A stretch of DNA of 34,565 bases. Source: a virus. Lineage: Duplodnaviria > Caudoviricetes. The position numbers and the translations under genes were made by a program. The notes under the pieces are model-generated. The model searched no databases. It saw only the letters and a program-made list of their open reading frames with translations, and was not told where the DNA came from. Shown piece after piece: positions 15,995 through 22,989 of the stretch. Location of the stretch: positions 1-34,565 of the IMG/VR virus record IMGVR_UViG_3300027697_000048; one strand, given 5' to 3'. Positions within the stretch are counted from its first letter, which is position 1, and each line of letters opens with the position of its first letter.

Positions 15995-16070
15995 GGTGGA
16001 GCGTAGGGGAATCGAACCCCTCAAGCAGGGTATTGCATGTACCGCTTGTGTCGTGCCTGACTAACGCCCC
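15995..16070 (-). ncRNA. Non-canonical Ala-identity tRNA-like RNA (tmRNA TLD-like)
   Basis: GGGGCGT/ACGCTCC-A-CC acceptor with G3:U70; perfect T arm; reduced D region ending CGAC; 9-bp bulged helix capped by CATGCAA; essentially no variable loop. Confidence 0.7.
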
Positions 16071-16122
16071 GAAATTGAATGTCTGAAGAACAATGTCGTA
16101 GTGATTACTCACTGTCGACTCC

Positions 16123-16154
16123 ACTGACAATGCAGGTCAGTAGTCCTTCGTCAA
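16123..16154 (-). promoter_or_regulatory. Putative promoter of the tRNA/early operon with an overlapping palindrome
   Basis: TTGACG-N16-CATTGT; inverted repeat ACTGAC-N7-GTCAGT (16123-16141) covers the -10. Confidence 0.45.
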
Positions 16155-16226
16155 GCGGTTGTAGTCAGATTGCTGTCTAGATTACGTAAGTTGCTGATAA
16201 CCAGTGCAATCCAGATGCACTATTTT

Positions 16227-16709
16227 TCACCCAACCCAGTCAATTTGGTGGGCAATCTCGCTATGGGACCGGATAAACAGGGGTCTGTTGGCCTCCACAT
16301 ACTCAGCACCACGGATGGTGTTGTAGGCGACCCACTCGCGAGCATCGTCCACGTGCTGCCCTGTAATTGATTTGTAGATACGATACCACTTGATGCCTGG
16401 CCCTTCGTAGTTGAATTCATCATACGCATACATGATGGCGTAGATGCACTCCACGATGTTGAGGTCATACACGGCATGCACCTGCTCGCCAGAGTACGAC
16501 ACACCCACGCACGCATAGTCCAGCCACTCTCTCGGCTCCAGCAGAACCATGTTGCCCAACTCAGGGCTGAAGCATTTGTTGTTCTCGATGTACGTGCCCA
16601 CCCCGCTCACGCCCTTGTACTCCTTACGCAGGCTGTATGGGATTTTCACTTTCTTCTTTTTGCTTACCTTGGTGTTCGCCTTGCCCTTGCGTCGTGATGT
16701 AGAACTCAT
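16227..16709 (-). CDS. Conserved phage hypothetical protein
   Basis: Likely ATG 16709; Lys-rich N-terminus. LD.A.VGV..AVYD..DAREW..YN..GA.YV...P.F resembles a very common uncharacterised phage family. Confidence 0.7.
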   Translation of the reverse strand: MSSTSRRKGKANTKVSKKKKVKIPYSLRKEYKGVSGVGTYIENNKCFSPELGNMVLLEPREWLDYACVGVSYSGEQVHAVYDLNIVECIYAIMYAYDEFNYEGPGIKWYRIYKSITGQHVDDAREWVAYNTIRGAEYVEANRPLFIRSHSEIAHQIDWVG

Positions 16710-16749
16710 GGACCCAACACCACACCGGCCCACACCACAGGGCAAGCAA

Positions 16750-17307
16750 ATGAAACTGACTTACTCCAGCGACCAACGTTCCCTGCTCAAGGCCCTCGCC
16801 CTCATCGAGTCAGGCGACAATCCCAAGGCCAGAGGTGACGTCGATAGCCCGGATGGCCCAGCCCTAGGCCCATACCAGATACACCAGCATGCGTGGAACC
16901 AGATTAGCGATTGGCGAGCCAAGCATAGCCTAGACGTGCGCCCTTATCACACAGCGACCGACCCACATTCGTCGAAGTACTACGCACTCTCGTTCCTGAC
17001 GTGGATACAGGCTGAGTTCATAGAGCATCACCATGCCCTACCTAGCCCCCAGTTGCTTTACGCTTGCTACTCACTAGGCCCAGCCGTCATACCCAAGATA
17101 CGACACATGAAAGGGCTGACCAAGACGTCCAGCCCCTTCGAGCCCTCCATGCTTACATCCAAGGCCCCCACAACGCCCCTCACCTCGGTAGGCTATGCCT
17201 ATGCCCTAGCCCGTCGCAAGATGGCCACAGGCCAACGCTACACCAACCTGCTGGATGCCCATCACCAGTCCATCCGCGACGTCGGTATCCCCCTGCTATG
17301 GGAGTGA
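16750..17307 (+). CDS. Lysozyme-superfamily (lytic transglycosylase/destabilase-like) muralytic enzyme
   Basis: ATG 16750; LLKALALIES.....GD....ALGPYQI...W catalytic Glu motif and a later ACYSLGP. Confidence 0.75.
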   Translation: MKLTYSSDQRSLLKALALIESGDNPKARGDVDSPDGPALGPYQIHQHAWNQISDWRAKHSLDVRPYHTATDPHSSKYYALSFLTWIQAEFIEHHHALPSPQLLYACYSLGPAVIPKIRHMKGLTKTSSPFEPSMLTSKAPTTPLTSVGYAYALARRKMATGQRYTNLLDAHHQSIRDVGIPLLWE

Positions 17308-17735
17308 ACGATAGGGCCAAGTTCGACCTAGACCTCCAGTACGGCCAGCAGGGTGAACGCTGGCTCACTTGGCTGGGTACAGACCAAGCCAAGGTCGAGG
17401 TCAAGACCGAGCGGGACGCTTGGGCCACCACCGGCAATGCCGTGTTCGAGTACGAGTGCAGAGGCAAGCCCTCAGGCATCGCCGTCACAGAGGCCGACTA
17501 CTGGTGCCACATCCTACGCCTAGGTGACGTCCCCCAAGCCACCTACCTGTGGCGTACCGAGGACCTCAAGGCCTTCCTCCGTAAGTGCATCACCATGCCC
17601 GGCCATGCTGGCTCACGCCTCACCCTAGGTGGCGATGACAATGCCTCCAAGGTCATCCTAGTGCCTGTCCCTGCCCTCTGGAGGATAGCCTCAGAGACCT
17701 TACCGTTTGCCACCAGAGCCCAGTCCAATCCCTGA
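17298..17735 (+). CDS. PD-(D/E)XK restriction-endonuclease-like phage protein
   Basis: FDLDL.YG..GE, VEVKTE, TGN..FEY..RGKPSGI..TEADYW and GGDDN.S pattern of a common phage family; start is ATG 17298 or GTG 17304. Confidence 0.7.
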   Translation: MGVNDRAKFDLDLQYGQQGERWLTWLGTDQAKVEVKTERDAWATTGNAVFEYECRGKPSGIAVTEADYWCHILRLGDVPQATYLWRTEDLKAFLRKCITMPGHAGSRLTLGGDDNASKVILVPVPALWRIASETLPFATRAQSNP

Positions 17736-18010
17736 ACGACGTAGCACTAGGGCCAATCCCTAGTCTGGCTTCCTAGGCCATTCCAAGGGGTGAATCGGTC
17801 TAGGTGTATCTAACCCGTCGCGACCCCCATGGTAAGGGTATAAAGATAGACCCCATGTCAAGCCCCCTATCTACCGGCCATACGCTTTGGCACGCTTTAT
17901 GTGTGTGATTGACCCAAGATTAGGGTACAACTAGACATAATGAATCTTGTGCGAAGTCCAATCCTGACAACCTAGCACATGATTAAGGGGGCGGGGGGGG
18001 TCGAGAAATT
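17736..18010. other. Long non-coding region; candidate packaging (pac)/terminus region
   Basis: About 250 bp intergenic between convergent genes next to the TerS-like 3' end; CTAG-rich; G-run GGGGGCGGGGGGGG at about 17987-18000. Confidence 0.4.
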
Positions 18011-18588
18011 TTTTCTTCCGTTTTCGTTGACGGATTCACATCCACCACTGTTTTGTCCAAAAAACCTTTAGGGTCCTGAGCCCACGACAGGAAGGACTGG
18101 GTGGTTTCTGGCTTGGCCGGGGCGGCTTCCAGTTCCACGACATCGAATTTCTTGCCGTCTTGGCCCACCCCTTTGGATTTGAGCAGTTTGTCCAGCGTTT
18201 CGTGGGTAATGCTGAATCTGTGCTCAACGACCGCCTGAGGCTGGTCTTGGAGGGTCTGAATCTTGTCGATTGCAATACCCATGGCGATAGGCACTTGGGA
18301 GACATGCAGACTATCGAGTTCGTCGACCAACTTCTGAGAGGCTCTTTGGACGAAGGCCTTAAGGTTGCGTACAGTGGTGGCTTTGAACTCGTCTTGCAGA
18401 CCCGTGGACTCTGGCATAGCCTTCTTTATTGCCGTTACGTTGTTGGGGGACATCTTGGCCAACTTGGCTACCTCTAGGACCGGGGTGCCCTGACGGAGCA
18501 TCTCCTCGACCTGTTGGCGGCGTTCCTCGGAGACGCGGGAGGCGTTATGGTTGGAGGAGGGGTTGGTGTCTAGGCGTTCGTTGTCCAC
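17983..18588 (-). CDS. Terminase small subunit-like HTH protein
   Basis: N-terminal HTH (VLEVAKLAKMSPNNVTAIK), helical middle and IAMGIAIDK..L..QP..VVEHR; close to TerL. Confidence 0.6.
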   Translation of the reverse strand: MDNERLDTNPSSNHNASRVSEERRQQVEEMLRQGTPVLEVAKLAKMSPNNVTAIKKAMPESTGLQDEFKATTVRNLKAFVQRASQKLVDELDSLHVSQVPIAMGIAIDKIQTLQDQPQAVVEHRFSITHETLDKLLKSKGVGQDGKKFDVVELEAAPAKPETTQSFLSWAQDPKGFLDKTVVDVNPSTKTEEKISRPPPPP

Positions 18589-18628
18589 GGTTGACAGGAC
18601 CGTAGTTGGGGCTCAAGGGTTGTCAACG
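18589..18628. promoter_or_regulatory. Symmetric divergent promoter pair
   Basis: TTGACA at 18591-18596 (+) and 18626-18621 (-), each 2 nt from the opposite gene's start codon; - strand TTGACA-N16-TACGGT. Confidence 0.55.
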
Positions 18629-19114
18629 ATGCAAGAGGCTGACGAATACTTTGAACGTAGGTTCTTGGTGGACATGCCGCCTATTCGGACGACCCATCAG
18701 GCGGACCTGCGTATCCTCAAGACGAGGGACGGACGCCAGTTCATCGGCAAGATGGCGAACTCGGACATCAAGCGATGGGTCGAGCAGTTCAAGTTGATGG
18801 CGAAGAAGAATGTCCCGGATAAGCCATTTGATGGCCCGCTGGAACTGACGCTGTACTTCGGCTTTCCGCTCATCAAGGCGGACAAGGGCAAGGCGTCGGC
18901 CATGACGACGAAGCCCGACTTCGACAACTTGGCTAAGTCCGTCTGCGATGCCCTGACCGACCTCGGCTTCTGGCACGACGACTCTCAGGTGGTGTTCGGC
19001 AAGGTGATGAAGTTCCGCACCCCCAGTCCGTTCGTCGGCATCTTCATCAAGCCAGCCCCGTGGATTGACGACCAGTACTGCGAGGCCATCCGTACGCACC
19101 TGACCCATGAATGA
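18629..19114 (+). CDS. rusA: RusA-family Holliday junction resolvase
   Basis: KPDFDNLAKSVCDAL....FWHDDSQVV signature; likely ATG 18629. Confidence 0.92.
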   Translation: MQEADEYFERRFLVDMPPIRTTHQADLRILKTRDGRQFIGKMANSDIKRWVEQFKLMAKKNVPDKPFDGPLELTLYFGFPLIKADKGKASAMTTKPDFDNLAKSVCDALTDLGFWHDDSQVVFGKVMKFRTPSPFVGIFIKPAPWIDDQYCEAIRTHLTHE

Positions 19115-19592
19115 ACTGCTGAAGGAGTCTGAGGTCATCGAGCGTTGGGGCGTTCCCAAGGACGAACTGGTGGCATACCGCAAGGATGTGCTGGTTGAGG
19201 GCCGGGACTGGGAACGCATCCCTTCTGGCAATCGGCCCATCCAGACCTGTCCTGTCGCTTTCACCGAGGAAGGCCAGAATCGGGTGTTCGAGCGTTTCGG
19301 CCTGAAGCAGGGCCCCTACGTCGCCGAGCCCGCCGAACTGCCGAAGGAGGAAATCCTCAAGGCGACCGTCACGAAGGTCGGATTCCCGAATCGCCGAATC
19401 ATGCAGATTCAACTTGAGGACGGAAAGCGGGTCTTCTGCAACGTTTTCGACTCAACGCCGTTCAAAGCGGAATTGCCCATAGCGGTTAAGTATCGCGGAG
19501 GGCGTTATTACTGCGAACATCGCCCCACCTCGATTCTCCGAGTTAACCACCTTGTCAACAGAACCAAGAACAATGAAATACCCAAAGAATAG
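19107..19592 (+). CDS. Putative nucleic-acid-binding protein (HTH-like plus OB-like)
   Basis: N-terminal ESEVIERWGVPKDEL..R..LVEGRDW; C-terminal beta-rich TVTKVGFPNRRIMQIQLEDGKRV. Confidence 0.55.
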   Translation: MNELLKESEVIERWGVPKDELVAYRKDVLVEGRDWERIPSGNRPIQTCPVAFTEEGQNRVFERFGLKQGPYVAEPAELPKEEILKATVTKVGFPNRRIMQIQLEDGKRVFCNVFDSTPFKAELPIAVKYRGGRYYCEHRPTSILRVNHLVNRTKNNEIPKE

Positions 19593-19743
19593 CAAAGAAT
19601 CGTCCGAATCGAAGAACTTCGAGAAGGGCGAAAGACTGATGAAGACCGAACGCGAGTATCGCGAGCCCTCTCGCGGCAAGTCGAAGTCTGACAGCATGCC
19701 CTCCGGTGGTCGCAAGAACTACAAGGGCAAGAACTGGTGCTAA
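19573..19743 (+). CDS. Small basic hydrophilic protein (56 aa)
   Basis: ATG 19573; K/R/S/E-rich; operon context. Confidence 0.55.
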   Translation: MKYPKNSKESSESKNFEKGERLMKTEREYREPSRGKSKSDSMPSGGRKNYKGKNWC

Positions 19744-19765
19744 CCGCCGCCGCCGATAAAAAGCC

Positions 19766-19894
19766 ATGACCGTCGTCATCATCACCACTCTCCTCGTCCT
19801 CTCGTCGTTCGCCCTCGGATTCATGTTCGGGGTGAACAACCCTGACTGCGTCCAGAAGGTCCGCGACTTCATCGCGTTCTGGAGGAAGATGTAA
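19766..19894 (+). CDS. 42-aa single-TM protein (not in the ORF track)
   Basis: MTVVIITTLLVLSSFALGFMFGVNNPDCVQKVRDFIAFWRKM*; fills the gap exactly, ending 1 nt before the next ATG. Confidence 0.65.
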   Translation: MTVVIITTLLVLSSFALGFMFGVNNPDCVQKVRDFIAFWRKM

Positions 19895-19895
19895 C

Positions 19896-20582
19896 ATGGG
19901 CTTGGCCGACAAGGCGATAGCGGGAGCAATCCGTGCGGTCGTCAAGGCCGTCGGCTCCGCGGAAAAAAAGACCGCAGGCTATGTAGGCTCCAAGGTTCTT
20001 AACGCGAGAGCCTCCGGTCTGGGCGACTCTCGCTACACCCTCAACGGATACATTTCCCAGTTCTTTCCGAACGCGGCCGAGAAGGACGTGGTCAAGAATT
20101 ACGGGGTAGCATCAATGCTCCCTAGGGGCTACATGCGTCCGTTTGATTTGAAGTTCGTCCGCCAAACGGGAAAAACAGGACCAGACCCAAAGCCAGATAA
20201 GGTGTACTTGGCGGGACACGACATCACCGACCACTGGCACAGCGGCAACTTCAAGCCGGACCATTGGGCTGAGTACCTGCCAAATGGCGGGCACAAAGTC
20301 GGGTACAGCCCGAAATGGTGGAAAGGCGACCCGCTTGATGACCTCAACCTGACATGGCGTAAGTTCAAAGATAACCCTCTCGGCAGGGAAGGGGGAATTT
20401 CGGGCCAGTACACCCAGAGACTGTCGGATTACGGCCCCGCTGAAATCGAGATGGGCCGCGAATGGATTGCTGGCACTGGTGCCAGTGCCGCCGCCTTCTG
20501 GGGGGCTGTCTCGCAGATGCGTAAGCCCAACTTCCAAAGACAGCAGGTAAAACCGGCCACCGATGCGGAGCAAAGAAGATAA
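19896..20582 (+). CDS. Hypothetical protein (228 aa)
   Basis: ORF in operon context; no family recognised. Confidence 0.6.
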   Translation: MGLADKAIAGAIRAVVKAVGSAEKKTAGYVGSKVLNARASGLGDSRYTLNGYISQFFPNAAEKDVVKNYGVASMLPRGYMRPFDLKFVRQTGKTGPDPKPDKVYLAGHDITDHWHSGNFKPDHWAEYLPNGGHKVGYSPKWWKGDPLDDLNLTWRKFKDNPLGREGGISGQYTQRLSDYGPAEIEMGREWIAGTGASAAAFWGAVSQMRKPNFQRQQVKPATDAEQRR

Positions 20583-21156
20583 GGACTACGAAGTCTTTGC
20601 CCCGTCCAGAGGCACCAATCACCTGCTCGACCCGACGCAGGTAAACAAGTCGTTTGAACTGGGGACCGACGAGAAGGCCCGCATGATGGAGCGTCTCGCA
20701 GGTGACAAGTCGGGCGACGAACGCACCAAGGCCGCATACGGCCTCAAGGCCGCTTTCATCGCCGACAACGCAAAAAGCACCTACGGCCTCGGCACCCATG
20801 AGGAGCAGAGGATGATGGAGCGTTTCGAGGCTAGGAAACATGAGCCCAAGACTAGGGGAGGCGGACCGAAAAGTACTTTGAGGACGCCTAAAAAAATGTT
20901 TTCGTCCTTCGGACGAGGCGTGCCTTTTAGCGGCGGGCTGGGCGGGTTCTTCAAGTCTGGGTTTGCTGGCCCCGCGATTGGATACGGGTCCAAGCGGCAC
21001 TTCATCCCGAACCAAGGCATGTTTGACATGGGCACGAACGTAGGCCCTAAGACCCTCCAAGGGCTGTCCTTTAATGGGGCGTTCCCTATGCTGAACTACC
21101 AGCAGTTTAGCACGTCAACCGGTGCGGCACCGCATGACGAGGAGGAAGAAGACTGA
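20563..21156 (+). CDS. Hypothetical protein (197 aa), Gly/Phe-rich C-half
   Basis: ORF coupled to TerL by a TGATG overlap; internal MMER repeat. Confidence 0.6.
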   Translation: MRSKEDKDYEVFAPSRGTNHLLDPTQVNKSFELGTDEKARMMERLAGDKSGDERTKAAYGLKAAFIADNAKSTYGLGTHEEQRMMERFEARKHEPKTRGGGPKSTLRTPKKMFSSFGRGVPFSGGLGGFFKSGFAGPAIGYGSKRHFIPNQGMFDMGTNVGPKTLQGLSFNGAFPMLNYQQFSTSTGAAPHDEEEED

Positions 21157-22784
21157 TGTCCGCCGATAGCGTCACGGTCGCCGGGATGAAACTCACAAAG
21201 CATCCCATCATCCACCTTCCGTCCGAGGACGAGGTGCTTGAGATGGCACGGACGCTCGGCACCGATGCCACCGTGGAGGTGATGCGTCGCCGTGAGGAGA
21301 AAATTCAGGCTGAGGCTCAGGACCCTTACAGGCACGGGTTTGAGCCGACGAGTTGGGCAGACGCGGACGGGCTTCTGATGAAGGGCTCGGAATTGCTAAT
21401 CATGGGTGGAAATCGTGCTGGCAAGACCGAGTACGCCGCGAAGCGGGTGATGCAACTGCTGTGCTCCCGACCCAACAGCCGCGTCTGGTGCCTGCACACC
21501 ACAAGCCAGACGTCCATTCAGATGCAACAGGCGGTCATCTGGAAGTACATGCCCCCTGAGTTCAAGAACGCCCGCAAGACCAAGGTCACGAACATCCAGT
21601 ACTCGCAGAAGAACGGCTACACGGACGCGACCTTCGTCCTTCCCAACCGAAGCCAGTGCTTCTTCATGAACTACGGTCAGGAGAAGAAGGTCATCGAAGG
21701 TGGCGAACCCGACCTGATTTGGTGCGATGAGTTGGTGCCGCAGGACTGGATTGAGACCCTTCGCTACCGTCTGGTCACTCGCTCGGGTAAGATGATTCTC
21801 ACCTTTACGCCAATCACGGGGTTCACCCCTGTCGTGAAGGACTACGTGTCTGGGTGCCGCATTAAAAAGTCCCTGTTCGCTGACCTGTTGCCAGACACCC
21901 AGAACGTTCCGGGCGTGCCTAAGGGCCACATGCCCTACATCGCCGACTGCTCCAAGGGCTCTGCAAGCGTCATCTGGTTCCACTCCATCCTGAACCGATA
22001 CTCGCCGTTCGAGCAAATCAAGTTGGCACTACGCGGCAGAGGTCCGTACGAAATCAAGATTCGTGCGTACGGCTGGGCGGAGTCTCTGGCAGGCTCCCAG
22101 TTCCCACGCTTCGGCGAGCCGAACATCATCCCAGCCAATCAGGTCCCCAAAGAGGGAACCAACTACATGGCCGTTGACCCGGCTGGCTCCAGAAACTGGT
22201 TCATGGTCTGGATGAGGGTGGACAAGGACGGCAACAAGTACGTCTACCGCGAGTGGCCCGACATCAGCATGGGCGAGTGGGCACTGCCATCCGAGAAGCC
22301 AGACGGACGACCCGGTCCAGCCCAGAAGCAGGGGGCGGGCATGGGTCTCAATGAAATCAAGGAGCACATCAAGGACCTAGAGGGCGGAGAAGAAGTCAAT
22401 GAACGCTTCATCGACCCTCGGGCCGCTGGCTCTCCGGTCATCAACAAGGAGGGCGGCACCACGCTCCTTCAGTTGCTTGATGAGGAGCCAAACCCAATGT
22501 ACTTCACGCCAGCCGCTGGTCTTAGGCTTGAGGAGGGCATCTCCATCATCAACGACTGGTTCTCCTACGACCAGAACCAGCCCATCTCTACGGTCAATCA
22601 GCCTAAACTTTTCATCTCAGAAGACTGCAAGAACCTCATGTGGTGCTTGCGTGAGTGGACCGGCTCCGACGGCGAAAAGGGCTCCAGCAAGGACCCCATC
22701 GACGCCCTTCGCTACATCGCCGTGATGCAACCCGATTTCGCCGACAAGCAGACCAACAAGCCTCTGTTTGGTGGCTCCTATTGA
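21156..22784 (+). CDS. terL: Terminase large subunit
   Basis: Walker A GGNRAGKT, Walker B LIWCDE, motif III TFTP, RNase H-like AVDPA and KDPIDALRY. Confidence 0.95.
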   Translation: MSADSVTVAGMKLTKHPIIHLPSEDEVLEMARTLGTDATVEVMRRREEKIQAEAQDPYRHGFEPTSWADADGLLMKGSELLIMGGNRAGKTEYAAKRVMQLLCSRPNSRVWCLHTTSQTSIQMQQAVIWKYMPPEFKNARKTKVTNIQYSQKNGYTDATFVLPNRSQCFFMNYGQEKKVIEGGEPDLIWCDELVPQDWIETLRYRLVTRSGKMILTFTPITGFTPVVKDYVSGCRIKKSLFADLLPDTQNVPGVPKGHMPYIADCSKGSASVIWFHSILNRYSPFEQIKLALRGRGPYEIKIRAYGWAESLAGSQFPRFGEPNIIPANQVPKEGTNYMAVDPAGSRNWFMVWMRVDKDGNKYVYREWPDISMGEWALPSEKPDGRPGPAQKQGAGMGLNEIKEHIKDLEGGEEVNERFIDPRAAGSPVINKEGGTTLLQLLDEEPNPMYFTPAAGLRLEEGISIINDWFSYDQNQPISTVNQPKLFISEDCKNLMWCLREWTGSDGEKGSSKDPIDALRYIAVMQPDFADKQTNKPLFGGSY

Positions 22785-22785
22785 C

Positions 22786-22989
22786 ATGAACCAAACACCA
22801 CCACTCCTCAGGCTCGCGGAGGCATCGCGGCACTTCGGCCTATCCAAGACCACCCTCATCCGACTCCGCAAGCAGGGCGTCCTGAGAATCTTCAAGACCC
22901 AAGGCGGCCAGAACATGTTCTACCGCGACGACATCAAAGCATTCCTTTCCAACAATTCCACCCCTTCCAACAATGAGCACGTTCAATAA
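22786..22989 (+). CDS. MerR/excisionase-like HTH protein
   Basis: LLRLAEASRHFGLSKTTLIRLRKQG.L...KT.GG..F.R.DI..FL. Confidence 0.8.
   Translation: MNQTPPLLRLAEASRHFGLSKTTLIRLRKQGVLRIFKTQGGQNMFYRDDIKAFLSNNSTPSNNEHVQ

Noticed and set aside
15834-15995. CRISPR-like repeat array
   Set aside because: The repeats are two full tRNA genes with no unique spacers, and there are no cas genes.
16549-17297. Long N-terminal extensions given by the ORF track (16549, 17064; likewise 8327, 13336, 14899, 18551)
   Set aside because: They overlap better-supported genes; downstream starts give coupled junctions and family-like N-termini.
17298-17735. Restriction-modification system
   Set aside because: There is no cognate methyltransferase in the window, and the protein matches a common stand-alone phage family.
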